Virus record (IMG/VR): IMGVR_UViG_3300042197_004918 | Location: 1-64,000 of that record | Source: a virus | Direction: 5' to 3' (one strand) | Length of the DNA: 64,000 nt | In this document: positions 9,124-19,353 of the stretch, piece by piece | Layout: every line of letters starts with the position of its first letter | Position numbering within the stretch: the first letter of the stretch is position 1 | Made by a program: the position numbers and the translations under genes | Notes under the pieces: generated by a model | What the model was told of the DNA's origin: nothing | The model's input: only the letters and a program-made list of their open reading frames with translations | Database searches by the model: none

Positions 9124-9972
9124 ATGGATAACACCGACCAAACAATCTCTATTAAGAGGCCAGTTTCAACCAACGACAACGCAGTTAAACTTGCTCCGAA
9201 ACAATCGGAAAAACCCAAGTATCCTTCCGAAGTCATAGGGCTTCCAAGCGACGGATACTTCTATTCCGATTCGACGCCGTTACAACAAGGAACGGTCGAG
9301 ATAAAGTATATGACTGCCCGCGAGGAAGATATACTTACTTCTCAGAACCTAATCAAAAAAGGTGTAGTGTTGGAAAAACTTCTTGAGAGCCTCATTTTAT
9401 CTCCGGGCGTAAAAGTTGACGACCTCTTGATTGGTGACAAAAATGCTTTGTTCATCGCATCCAGACGATTGGCTTACGGTGATAGTTACGGCCCGCTCGA
9501 CATGAAGTGTCCTAAGTGTGGCAAGGATAATAAGTGCACGATTGACTTATCACTGATTAAGAACAAGGAATTTGATTTTTCAAAATACGAAAAGGGGACA
9601 AATCGGTTTGAATTTAAATTGCCTGCGAGTAAGAAGGTTGTCACATACAAACTCTTGACTCATAAGGATGAACAGTCTATTGAACAGGAGATAGCCAGTG
9701 TTAATAAGGCCACAAAATCAGGAACTTCTCCAGAAGTAACCACTCGTCTAAAGAGGATGATAACCGCTATAGATGGTGACGATGACCGCCAAACAATCAT
9801 CAAGTTTATCGACACAGAACTTCTATCCCGTGACAGTTTAGCGTTAAGGAATCAAGTTAAAGATAATACACCGGATATTGACATGGCTTTCGATTTTGTT
9901 TGTTCCGAGTGTTCTCACGAAGAAAGAGTGGGTGTGCCGATGGAGGTATCTTTCTTTTGGCCTAACACCTGA
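9124..9972 (+). CDS. baseplate hub assembly / tail assembly chaperone (T4 gp26-like)
   Basis: LPSDG, MTAREEDIL, LLIGDKNAL, CPKC and CSEC Zn ligands, C-terminal FFWP; upstream of tape measure. Confidence 0.8.
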   Translation: MDNTDQTISIKRPVSTNDNAVKLAPKQSEKPKYPSEVIGLPSDGYFYSDSTPLQQGTVEIKYMTAREEDILTSQNLIKKGVVLEKLLESLILSPGVKVDDLLIGDKNALFIASRRLAYGDSYGPLDMKCPKCGKDNKCTIDLSLIKNKEFDFSKYEKGTNRFEFKLPASKKVVTYKLLTHKDEQSIEQEIASVNKATKSGTSPEVTTRLKRMITAIDGDDDRQTIIKFIDTELLSRDSLALRNQVKDNTPDIDMAFDFVCSECSHEERVGVPMEVSFFWPNT

Positions 9973-10168
9973 ATACCAAGTAGCCCTTCATAAACAAATC
10001 TTTGAACTGAGTTATTTCAGCCAAGGTGCGGTAAATGTGTCCATCGCCTACGATATACCCATCCACCTTAGAAACTTCTATTACAAGCAGTTGTCAGAGA
10101 TTAAAACCAGAGAAAATAAGCAATCTCAACCGGAACCCTCAAGCAAGAAGATTGCTAGACCGTTTTAA
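9956..10168 (+). CDS. tail chaperone extension in +1 frame (probable frameshift product)
   Basis: FGLTPEY...LHKQIFEL...YDIPIHLRNFYYKQL; no in-frame ATG; overlaps the upstream stop at TTC-TTT-TGG. Confidence 0.65.
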   Translation, partial: FGLTPEYQVALHKQIFELSYFSQGAVNVSIAYDIPIHLRNFYYKQLSEIKTRENKQSQPEPSSKKIARPF

Positions 10169-10248
10169 TCGGTGATAAGTATCCACCTATTTTCTATAAA
10201 ACATAACCGATAAAAGTTGGGTTAGTCTATATTTATAGGGTATAATCT

Positions 10249-12726
10249 ATGGCAGACACCGCAACAGATACAGAGAAAAGTTCAGCAAAGACAGCTGAAC
10301 ACATTAATAAACAACGTGAAGCCATGCGCGATGTGGTTGATATGGCACGGAGGCTCTCTGTAGAATACGATGAACACACCGGAGCAGTCGGTTCCATAGT
10401 CAAAGATTTAACCAAGATAGAAAAACTTCAAGCACATATAAAGAACTTAGCATCCGAATCAAGGTCTATTGAGCTAAATATGGCAAATATCTTCAGAGAT
10501 CAAGTTTCTCTTGAGAAAGATTCTGACAATAGTTTACAGAATTCGATTAGTTTACGAACAAAGATATTGGATATTGAGGATAAAATATCGAAAGCGAAGT
10601 CAAAAGAAGCTAAAAAACTCGGAAAGGATAAAGTTGATTTAGAGAAACGACTCACCACGGAGAATTTGTATAGAAAGAATATAGAAGAAAGAATAAAGTT
10701 GAATTTAAAAGAATTTAATAACTCTAAGGAAATGCTAGAAAACGGCCGTCGCGAAACATCAATCCTTGATAAGAAATTAAATAATCATAAACTCATAAAA
10801 ACTGTTTCGGAGAAGATTGGAATTTCCACGGCTATAAACACCTTCAAGACCGGCGCGTGGATTAAACTTTTAGAAGAAGCTTGGCAGATTTTTAGAAAAA
10901 TGGACGATGCTTTATTCTCTGTTAGAAAACATTTAGGAACATTTCGTGGTGAATCTAAGGAAATAGAAAACACAACAAAATCGCTGGCGATGGATTTCGC
11001 AGGAGTGGGTGTGACGTTTGAGATAGCAGCGACCACAATGAATTCGATTGTAGATGACTTTGGCAGACTGTCATCGCATACGAAAAACATGGCTGCCACG
11101 GTAGCCACGTTTTCATCACAACTCGGAATCTCGGAGAAAACATCCACCGGGCTATTGAAAAATCTGGCTCAAGTTTCGGGAAAAACATCAGACTCAATGG
11201 AGGGTATGATAGGATTTACAAAGTCTCTGTCAAACGCAGCGGGTGTATCTTTACCAAAGGTTATGGAAGATATAGCCGGCGCATCAGATTCCGTCCGAGC
11301 AAATTTTCGTGGAAACACAACGGAACTAATCAAGGCCACCGTCGAAGCCAGGAGACTCGGATTGAGCCTTGAAAGCATGGGAAAAACTTCGGAATCACTC
11401 CTAGACTTCAACTCATCTGTAAATGCGGAAATGGAGGCAAGCGTTTTGTTAGGAAAAAACTTAAATCTCAATGCTGCTCGCAGAGCAGCATTCAGCGGTG
11501 ACTTGGTTAAACAAAATGAGGAAATTCTCAAAGTTTTAAAATCCGTAGGAGATTTTGAGAAATTGAATGCGTTCCAGAAAAAATCCTTGGCAGCAGCTTT
11601 AGGGAAGAGTGTAGAAGAACTACAGTCTATGAACCAACGAGAACAAGAAAGATTGTGGATTCTACAAAAGGGAACTAAAGAACAGAAGCAATTATTGGCT
11701 GACTATGAAAAGCAAAAGAAGCTCCGAGAGGGGGAGGCTAAAGATCTAGGAAAGATAGCAGAAGATCGGATTAAGCAGGAAAATCACCAGCAAAGGGTAA
11801 ACGCTTTACAACAACAGTTTCATAAATTGATAATGGAACTGTCGGGGCCAATACTAGATGCGATTGAACCGTTAATGGCACTCGCGGTTAAATGGATGCC
11901 TACGATATTTGAAGGATTTTCTAAACTGTTAATTCCCGCGACAATCTTATTTACGGTTTTTAAGTTAATATCCAGTCCAATAGACACCATTCTTTTGAAA
12001 TTGATGATGTGGAGCAAATATTTTGACAAGTTTATGTTATTTGTCGGAAATCTAGCCAGCCGCATGGCTTTTCTTGGGAAAGCTGTGGCATGGGTCGCCA
12101 CGGTATTCGGTAAGTGGCTGAACCCTATAGGATGGGTAATAACAGCATTTCAATTAATATACAGTTTATTTAAGAGGTTCTCAGATATAGAATTCGTTAA
12201 AGGAGACTGGACTGGAAATATATGGAAAGGTATCGAAGCAATAGGTGGTGCTTTATATGACACTTTAATAAAGCCGTTTGTTGACGTATACGACTGGATA
12301 AAAAAGAAGTTAATGGGGAATTCTCCATCCGAAATAGGAACCGGAATAGTAAACGGTTTAATTGCGGTAGGTTCCATGATATTGAAGGCACTGACATATC
12401 CATTCACATCCGCATTCACATTTATAACCGAACTGTTCGGAAAAATTCCTGAATTTATAACAAGCGTCTTTAAACGTGGTTTTGATTTCGTGACCAAACT
12501 TCCTGGGATGGGGTTGTTGACTAAAGCGATAGACACTTTCAGTGGAAATAAAACTGCGGATGTAAATCAGAAGGTTGAAACCGTCCAAACAAAACAAGAC
12601 GACACCAACCGACTAATTTTGGAAAAGTTAACAGAACTAACAAACTTGATGAAATCCGGTGGAATCGCAATTAATATGGATGGAAGACGTGTTAGTGAAG
12701 CACTAGCACACGCATCCTCACGATAA
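10249..12726 (+). CDS. tape measure protein
   Basis: 825 aa, alpha-helical Ala/Lys/Glu-rich, hydrophobic W/F-rich segment, C-terminal INMDGRRVS; TATTTATA at 10230. Confidence 0.85.
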   Translation: MADTATDTEKSSAKTAEHINKQREAMRDVVDMARRLSVEYDEHTGAVGSIVKDLTKIEKLQAHIKNLASESRSIELNMANIFRDQVSLEKDSDNSLQNSISLRTKILDIEDKISKAKSKEAKKLGKDKVDLEKRLTTENLYRKNIEERIKLNLKEFNNSKEMLENGRRETSILDKKLNNHKLIKTVSEKIGISTAINTFKTGAWIKLLEEAWQIFRKMDDALFSVRKHLGTFRGESKEIENTTKSLAMDFAGVGVTFEIAATTMNSIVDDFGRLSSHTKNMAATVATFSSQLGISEKTSTGLLKNLAQVSGKTSDSMEGMIGFTKSLSNAAGVSLPKVMEDIAGASDSVRANFRGNTTELIKATVEARRLGLSLESMGKTSESLLDFNSSVNAEMEASVLLGKNLNLNAARRAAFSGDLVKQNEEILKVLKSVGDFEKLNAFQKKSLAAALGKSVEELQSMNQREQERLWILQKGTKEQKQLLADYEKQKKLREGEAKDLGKIAEDRIKQENHQQRVNALQQQFHKLIMELSGPILDAIEPLMALAVKWMPTIFEGFSKLLIPATILFTVFKLISSPIDTILLKLMMWSKYFDKFMLFVGNLASRMAFLGKAVAWVATVFGKWLNPIGWVITAFQLIYSLFKRFSDIEFVKGDWTGNIWKGIEAIGGALYDTLIKPFVDVYDWIKKKLMGNSPSEIGTGIVNGLIAVGSMILKALTYPFTSAFTFITELFGKIPEFITSVFKRGFDFVTKLPGMGLLTKAIDTFSGNKTADVNQKVETVQTKQDDTNRLILEKLTELTNLMKSGGIAINMDGRRVSEALAHASSR

Positions 12727-12733
12727 CGTATCT

Positions 12734-14869
12734 ATGCCAAACCCAACTCCACACGTAGGTAAAATTCAAGAATTGTATGATGCCAACAGTCGTAACATCT
12801 ACTCTCGTCCAAGTCCATACACCGAGAACTCCGGAGTATTCTCATTTGGCCCTCGTCAACCATTTGTTTATACAAAGATAGACGATGGTAAAAAAGGATT
12901 AAACCGGATGAAACGGTTTGATAGTCAAGCGTTCCCATTTGTCAGCAGTTTAATCGACACAAAAAGGATTGCAAAGTTCATGGTCACGGGTAACGGATTG
13001 GTATTCCTCACGAAGCAATTCTTTCTCCAAAAGAATCAAGCGTTCAATGAGACGCGGGTGTATAATCCACTAAGTCCGATTCTAGCCTCGTCAACCAGAT
13101 TAAATCCGTTCTCAGACAAGAATCCATCTAGGTTCATAGACACGTCAGGCGGACCAATGGGAATATTGAAATCTCTCATTGGCCTCCCAAGTAAGACGGT
13201 GCCTGCACCACCAGGAACTGTTGGATTGGGTGCCTTGTCAGAACAAAATAAAGCATCATCAAAAGGATTGATTAGAGCTCATACCGCTATAAATGGATAT
13301 TCAAGGATGGACCCGTCCTCAAAATCCGGAGGAACGTCTTTACTAGCAAGTTTAAAGAGTTTGTTTTCTTTCAAGCCTCAAAAGCAACCTACTAACGCAA
13401 GTTTCCGTGCAGATGAGGGTGGGTATGGGATTCAATTAAAGCCAGGTGCTGGAAAATATGACTATTTCGACAAAGATGGTTCTCCTGTAAAATGGGGTGA
13501 AGACTATTACATGAGGTTTGAGGCGGGAAAAAACAACGGAAACGCCAAAACAAACATTAAGAAAAAGGGCGAATCTTCCACTACGACATCCAATCGCAAG
13601 AAGAGCCTGTTGAGAATTTTCGGAAAATCAATCCCACGCTCTGCGACTTACTATGGTGCAGAGGTCGGTTATGAAGAGAAAGAGATTAATGGATATATCC
13701 GATATGGTGAGAATGTAGGTAGAGACAGAATAAAGGCTGAAGGCGGTTCTCCAACTTACAAATTCTCTGACATAATTTCAATTTATAAACTCTATACATC
13801 ACCAACGAAGGAGATAAAGAGTGAAAGCAAGTTCAATGACAAAACTGCCCAGTCTCTCAAGACTGTGGAGGATAGTCTCAAGAAACTGATTCGTGGCATT
13901 GAATCAGCCGGATATAAGTTCTCTCCGTTGAACGATGATGATTTGATGGTGAAACAATTCTCCCATTCAACATTGTCTGGAATGGATGAAATAACAGGAT
14001 TTACTAAAGACCCAAACTCCACGTCTACTGCGACGAATTACAACGGGTCATACGAGAGAGATACTAGAAACAGCGTTAGACACATAGACAGAGTGAAGGG
14101 GTTCTCTGGAACAAACAGAAAAGACAAGATAAATTCTCTAACAATTCTCGACAAGGATGGAGTTGATTTCATCACATCGAAGTCCAGAACAAAAAATTCT
14201 GACAAAGACGGTAACGATGTGGTTAGTAAATATAACCCTTATAAAGATGATCAGATAGCTTTCTATTTTCACGACCTCGTAAATGATAAATACATACCAT
14301 TTCGTGCCACCGTAAAGGGTTTGAACGAACAACTTTCATCCAACTGGTCCGACATTTCGTATATAGGAAGAGCTGATAAGTTATTCAACTACATAGGATT
14401 TACACGGTCTATAAACTTCTCATTTTCAATCTCCGCAATGAGCTTGACCGAACTTCTCCCTATGTGGGTGAGGATAAACTACCTTGCAACGATGGTGAAA
14501 CCATCCAAATACACCAGCACGGACGCTGGCGAGGCATACATAATTCCGCCGATGACAACTATAACCATTGGTGATCTTTATAAAGAACATCCATTTGTTT
14601 TAAAGACTGTAAGCATAACTATACCAGAAGATGCGTTGTGGGAGACGACTCCTGAAAACAACGATTCATCAGATTGGTCATATTTAAATGGTAAAATTGT
14701 TTACGAAAACTCTAAACGCAAGGGATTATTCGCACAGTTTCCGCGCGAATGTGAAATCGCCATCACCGGTGAACTACTTGAAAAAGAGCAACCGAGAGTT
14801 GGTCGATCAAACTTCGGAGGAATCAACGATAGTGGAAGATTCTCTGATAGACTCAAAACCATTATTTAA
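12734..14869 (+). CDS. baseplate / tail tube initiator protein
   Basis: Follows tape measure; C-terminal tube-like domain IPFRATVKGLNE..SNW..ISYIGRADKLFNY.GFTRSINFSF. Confidence 0.65.
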   Translation: MPNPTPHVGKIQELYDANSRNIYSRPSPYTENSGVFSFGPRQPFVYTKIDDGKKGLNRMKRFDSQAFPFVSSLIDTKRIAKFMVTGNGLVFLTKQFFLQKNQAFNETRVYNPLSPILASSTRLNPFSDKNPSRFIDTSGGPMGILKSLIGLPSKTVPAPPGTVGLGALSEQNKASSKGLIRAHTAINGYSRMDPSSKSGGTSLLASLKSLFSFKPQKQPTNASFRADEGGYGIQLKPGAGKYDYFDKDGSPVKWGEDYYMRFEAGKNNGNAKTNIKKKGESSTTTSNRKKSLLRIFGKSIPRSATYYGAEVGYEEKEINGYIRYGENVGRDRIKAEGGSPTYKFSDIISIYKLYTSPTKEIKSESKFNDKTAQSLKTVEDSLKKLIRGIESAGYKFSPLNDDDLMVKQFSHSTLSGMDEITGFTKDPNSTSTATNYNGSYERDTRNSVRHIDRVKGFSGTNRKDKINSLTILDKDGVDFITSKSRTKNSDKDGNDVVSKYNPYKDDQIAFYFHDLVNDKYIPFRATVKGLNEQLSSNWSDISYIGRADKLFNYIGFTRSINFSFSISAMSLTELLPMWVRINYLATMVKPSKYTSTDAGEAYIIPPMTTITIGDLYKEHPFVLKTVSITIPEDALWETTPENNDSSDWSYLNGKIVYENSKRKGLFAQFPRECEIAITGELLEKEQPRVGRSNFGGINDSGRFSDRLKTII

Positions 14870-14875
14870 TAGATT

Positions 14876-15175
14876 ATGACACGATACAATCCACAGAATA
14901 ATGTGAAAACCCGTTTCGACGGAAGGCGGTTTTTGGGAACTCGTCTCTATCCAACTATCACGGAATCGGATTCCGATGTGTTATACATAACAAATGACAC
15001 GGACTATTTGGATACACTCGCGCATAGATTTTACAAAGACAAGAGTTTGTGGTGGATAATAGCTTTGGCGAATAACTTAGGAAACGGTCGCCTCTCTATC
15101 ACCGGAGGTTTGCAGTTAAGAATACCTATGAGAATCGAGGAGATTGTTTCCAGATACAACAGAATAAATAGTTAA
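14876..15175 (+). CDS. LysM-type baseplate wedge protein (gp53-like)
   Basis: DYLDTLAHRFYKDKSLWWIIALANNL...GGLQLRIP. Confidence 0.85.
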   Translation: MTRYNPQNNVKTRFDGRRFLGTRLYPTITESDSDVLYITNDTDYLDTLAHRFYKDKSLWWIIALANNLGNGRLSITGGLQLRIPMRIEEIVSRYNRINS

Positions 15176-15176
15176 T

Positions 15177-17579
15177 ATGCCCAACGTATTGTTACCTCCG
15201 TTTTCATCAATCCCTATCCCTGAGTATATGCGAAAGGAGTTCCGTAGAAGATCCGGAACGTATGGATTGAATCCGTCTCTAGCTTCGTCGGGCAGTGTAA
15301 GTGAATATAGAGGGCAGTCAACTTCCTGGATTCGCGTTGCTTCCAATGGTATGAACGGTGAACACTCGGGATTTATTATGAAATCTACAAACGGTGTAGC
15401 CGATTCTTATGGAAGGGGTACAAATACAGTTTCCTTGTTATACGATAGAGAGAATATAGACAACACTATTCTAGGGTTAGATTACAATGGTTTTCCACAC
15501 GTCATACAAAATAGGGAACCGAGAACTTTACAGAAATATAGACCAACACTAGGAGTAGAGAGTATAGAAGTAGATATTAGAAAAAACGTCTACAGAGCTG
15601 CTTTTATAAAGTGGAAGTGTTACACCGTAGAACAGTTGGATTATATGATACCGTTTTTAATGACACCATACACCACGATTTTTCTCGAATGGGGGTGGAA
15701 CAATTTTAATCCAAACAGTCTGGTTCCTCTCGGAACACTTGGAAATGTTGCGTTGGTAGATGAAAATGGGAACCTAGAAACTGACGCAGATGATTTTGCA
15801 GTGGATCCGGGGAAAGGAATGTTAGGCTTTTACACGAACCCAACTCTGTTTGAAGATTCTCTGGAAAAATCGGAGGGGAGGTATGATGGAATGATTGGTC
15901 ACATAATAAACTACGATTACACATTCAATCCGTCTGAAATGTGTTTTAACTGCACGACTGAGATAGCATCTAACAGCAAATTTTATTTTGGCCTCGCGAT
16001 GGGAAGTTCTACAAACGAACCGGATTCTAGTAAAACCGACAAGTTCACTCAAAAAACCAAAGAAAATTTCTTTTCCGTAGACTTGTATTCCATTATGATG
16101 TCTTACCTATATAGGCTCCGAGATAATGGACAGATTATACACTCTGACAAAATTGATAACAAAAAGAATCCTATTGATAAGAGGATATTCGATATATTGA
16201 AAGGGAGACTTTTTTCACCTAATCTATATGGAAGACAGGAAGGCGGATGGGCCGCCTCCAAGACGGAGGGTTCTCCGTTGTATATAACGATGGGGTGTTT
16301 AGTGGACCTTCTAAACTACAACAACAGATTCTTGAAGACTCCGTATAAAATAAACATACGTGATACACGTATATGTGCTCATCCAAACTTAATATCTTGT
16401 TCGGATAAGTTTCTCATACCGAACACGACGGCTCCATATTTTAGCCCAGAAACAATATCTGACCCACAGGGAAGGGGTAGAATACCCAAGTCGGAGGTTC
16501 CTATATTCTCAAAACCATCGAAGAACAACGTAGCAGACGGACTTATGTCCAAGGTTTTGTTTAACACTCATCGGCAGGACTTGAATAGAATTATAAGCCA
16601 CTGGAGGATAACTTATGATGCAAAAAACGAAGCGGAATATCAGTTTCCAAGTTCCGATAATCAATACAGTGGGAAATTGGAAAATGTTTACATCAATTTT
16701 GACTTCATAAGGGACCAGTTAAAATCTACCCCAGATATTCGTGACTTTCTAAAAAGCATCTGCCAGGTGTTAAACGACAACATACCTATCTGGAGTTTAG
16801 AGATCGTGGATTGGAACGGAGATTTAAGTATCAGAGATGCCAATTACTTCGATAAAGGTCAGTTAGATTCACTGAAAGAATCCTTTGGTATAGATGCCAA
16901 CGATACGGTTGTCTATAATTTCGACGCGTTCAGTCAAAATTCCATTCTTAAAGAGTTTGGGTTTGGGGTTAAACTATCTGATGCTGTCGCGAATATGGTG
17001 ATTAACCAGGTGAACAATCAAATATCCAATGAACCTGGTGTGGTGGTAAATCAAAGATTGACATTCCCAAAATCAAATGATGTCATTTTAAGTGAACTGG
17101 AGACACAATCATTGGGAGCATCGACTGTAGTTCCAATTCAACTCACTGAAGCAGACGCGGCAGCTCGGCGTGCTGCCTTCGACAAGGATGGTGAGGCGAT
17201 AAAAAATATCACTGAGAAATCTATCACGTTCACAAAAAATTTAGGCGGAGAAAAAAAACAAGTCTCACGGTTAATCATGCCTGACGCTTCTGGGAAAGCA
17301 AAAGTTTCTCAGCTTCTTAATGATGAAAGTGAGATATTTTCTCAATTTAACACTCCACCTATTCCTGGTGTAAAAGTGGAATTCTCGATGCTCGGAATAG
17401 CAGGATTCAGAACGTTCCAGATAATAGGTGTTAAGAATTTGCCAAAACCATATGATAACGGAAAAGTGGTGTTTCAAATAATGGAGGTCAAACACAGTGT
17501 AGGTTCTGATGGGTGGGTGACCAGAGTTGTTGCTTTGATACGTCCGTTAAAATCATTAGAAACCACATTGAAGATATGA
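15177..17579 (+). CDS. baseplate hub protein (gp27/late control D-like)
   Basis: Position after the LysM gene; FLEWGW, C-terminal MLGIAGF..FQI..V.NLPKPY...FQIMEVKHSVGSDGWVT. Confidence 0.6.
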   Translation: MPNVLLPPFSSIPIPEYMRKEFRRRSGTYGLNPSLASSGSVSEYRGQSTSWIRVASNGMNGEHSGFIMKSTNGVADSYGRGTNTVSLLYDRENIDNTILGLDYNGFPHVIQNREPRTLQKYRPTLGVESIEVDIRKNVYRAAFIKWKCYTVEQLDYMIPFLMTPYTTIFLEWGWNNFNPNSLVPLGTLGNVALVDENGNLETDADDFAVDPGKGMLGFYTNPTLFEDSLEKSEGRYDGMIGHIINYDYTFNPSEMCFNCTTEIASNSKFYFGLAMGSSTNEPDSSKTDKFTQKTKENFFSVDLYSIMMSYLYRLRDNGQIIHSDKIDNKKNPIDKRIFDILKGRLFSPNLYGRQEGGWAASKTEGSPLYITMGCLVDLLNYNNRFLKTPYKINIRDTRICAHPNLISCSDKFLIPNTTAPYFSPETISDPQGRGRIPKSEVPIFSKPSKNNVADGLMSKVLFNTHRQDLNRIISHWRITYDAKNEAEYQFPSSDNQYSGKLENVYINFDFIRDQLKSTPDIRDFLKSICQVLNDNIPIWSLEIVDWNGDLSIRDANYFDKGQLDSLKESFGIDANDTVVYNFDAFSQNSILKEFGFGVKLSDAVANMVINQVNNQISNEPGVVVNQRLTFPKSNDVILSELETQSLGASTVVPIQLTEADAAARRAAFDKDGEAIKNITEKSITFTKNLGGEKKQVSRLIMPDASGKAKVSQLLNDESEIFSQFNTPPIPGVKVEFSMLGIAGFRTFQIIGVKNLPKPYDNGKVVFQIMEVKHSVGSDGWVTRVVALIRPLKSLETTLKI

Positions 17580-17923
17580 AAAAAGATATATTGGCGGAAT
17601 ATTCCAAACTAAATCCAGCTAATTCCATTTTTGTTTTTGCTGAAGAGTTTCTTCCAAAACCATCCCCCGACGATTATTCCGACGGTGGAATAAACAGATA
17701 TTTTGTTAGGAAGATTAACGAATCTTCTATTATAGAAGTTGACCGCCAGAATTACAAATCTACTACCCCCATGCTTTATGAGAAGGCTGAACTATGGTGG
17801 TTGATAAGCGGTTATCTTGAAGAAGTCGTGTCAAAAAATAAGAAAACATTAAAAGCCTCCCGTGATATAATGCCCGGCCTTGAAAAGAAACTGATAAACC
17901 CATATCAGTTTTTCAAACATTGA
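17576..17923 (+). CDS. conserved hypothetical phage protein
   Basis: ATGA overlap with upstream stop; PKPSPDDYSDGGINRYFVRK motif. Confidence 0.65.
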   Translation: MKKDILAEYSKLNPANSIFVFAEEFLPKPSPDDYSDGGINRYFVRKINESSIIEVDRQNYKSTTPMLYEKAELWWLISGYLEEVVSKNKKTLKASRDIMPGLEKKLINPYQFFKH

Positions 17924-17929
17924 AACAAG

Positions 17930-17957
17930 TTGACTAACGGTTGAATTGATATAACAT
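17930..17957 (+). promoter_or_regulatory. sigma70-like promoter
   Basis: TTGACT-16-TAACAT, 10 nt before ATG 17968. Confidence 0.45.
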
Positions 17958-17967
17958 CCTTGATAAG

Positions 17968-19338
17968 ATGGTTATAGTCGATTCATCAACATACAAAAGC
18001 TTTATCCACGATGTTCGTGGAAACGAAGTTTTTATAGATTATGTTTTAAGGAAGAACGCCATCCATACCGCAGACAACAAACCGTCGGTGGTGTTCGTGA
18101 AGAATATCAAAAGTGATGTTACATACGTAATAAACGTAGACCATCAAGATTTCAAACCACTAAATGTTGATGTATTCAAATTAGTTGACCTCGTAATCCA
18201 ATTGACGTCGGAGGTTTTTGTTGTAGACAAAAAGAAGTTCTTGAACCTCTTCAAGAACAAAAATGTGAAAGACATATTGATATTCGACTTTCAAAGGGGG
18301 TATGAAATAACCGACCTCAAGGAACTGCGGACCAATTGCCACACATCCCTCCAGCATCAGTTCGGTGAAAATTATGTAGATTTGAATCTTGTCATACCGA
18401 TGTCAAAACACGTCGAACAGTTCGAGACAGTTTACAAGTTTTTCAGTGAAAGTTTTCAAGAATTTGAACTCGACTATTCGTTTGAAAAAATGAATGGTGT
18501 TATAACCGAAACTTTAAGTGAGGTAGAGTGTAACGGCATACACATTGACACTGAACTATTCAACACCCACTTTAGTTCTCGTGGTTTGGTTGAAACGGGG
18601 ACAACCGTGTTTTCCGAGTATAACCTCTTCACCTCAACCGGCAGACCAAGCAACAGGTTCGCAAAGGTGAATTACGCGGCTCTTAATAAAGATAATGGGT
18701 GTAGAACCGCATTCACCTCAAGATTTGGTGAAAATGGGGTTTTATTGGGTTTGGATTATAGAGCTTACCATCCTCATATAGTAGCTAACTTAATCAATTT
18801 TAAATTAGAGTTGGATACGGATGTCTATGAGTTTCTTGGGAAGTCGTATTTCCACAAGGATATTTTGACACCAGAAGAGATAAAGTTGTCAAAAAACCAG
18901 ACATTTCAGAACTTCTACGGTGGTATAAAGGACGAATATCTCGGTATCGACTTCTTCAAGAAGGTCCACGAATACGTCACTCATAGGTGGCAATTCTTTG
19001 AAAAGAATGGGTATGTCGAAACTCCTGTGTTCAAACGGAGAATAACAGAACACCATATATCAGACCCAAATCCAAACAAACTGTTCAATTATCTTCTCCA
19101 AGCAGCAGAAACCGAGTTTTCGATACAGAGCATAAGCAGAATAAACGACTTCTTGAGAAACCGTGAGTCAAAGGTCGTTTTATACACCTACGACTCAATA
19201 TTGGTGGATATGTCTAAGAACGATGGCATGGATTCCGTTCGGAGTATAAAAAGCACAATGGTCGATAATCAGTTCCCAGTAAAGTGTTACGTGGGTAAAA
19301 ATTATAATGATTTATGTGAAATTCAAATCAAGGCGTGA
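17968..19338 (+). CDS. polA: short, atypical family A DNA polymerase
   Basis: TGRPSN, motif A LDYRAYH, motif B KNQTFQNFYGG, NYLLQAAETE, motif C YTYDSILVD. Confidence 0.8.
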   Translation: MVIVDSSTYKSFIHDVRGNEVFIDYVLRKNAIHTADNKPSVVFVKNIKSDVTYVINVDHQDFKPLNVDVFKLVDLVIQLTSEVFVVDKKKFLNLFKNKNVKDILIFDFQRGYEITDLKELRTNCHTSLQHQFGENYVDLNLVIPMSKHVEQFETVYKFFSESFQEFELDYSFEKMNGVITETLSEVECNGIHIDTELFNTHFSSRGLVETGTTVFSEYNLFTSTGRPSNRFAKVNYAALNKDNGCRTAFTSRFGENGVLLGLDYRAYHPHIVANLINFKLELDTDVYEFLGKSYFHKDILTPEEIKLSKNQTFQNFYGGIKDEYLGIDFFKKVHEYVTHRWQFFEKNGYVETPVFKRRITEHHISDPNPNKLFNYLLQAAETEFSIQSISRINDFLRNRESKVVLYTYDSILVDMSKNDGMDSVRSIKSTMVDNQFPVKCYVGKNYNDLCEIQIKA

Positions 19339-19353
19339 TATTTATATCACATA

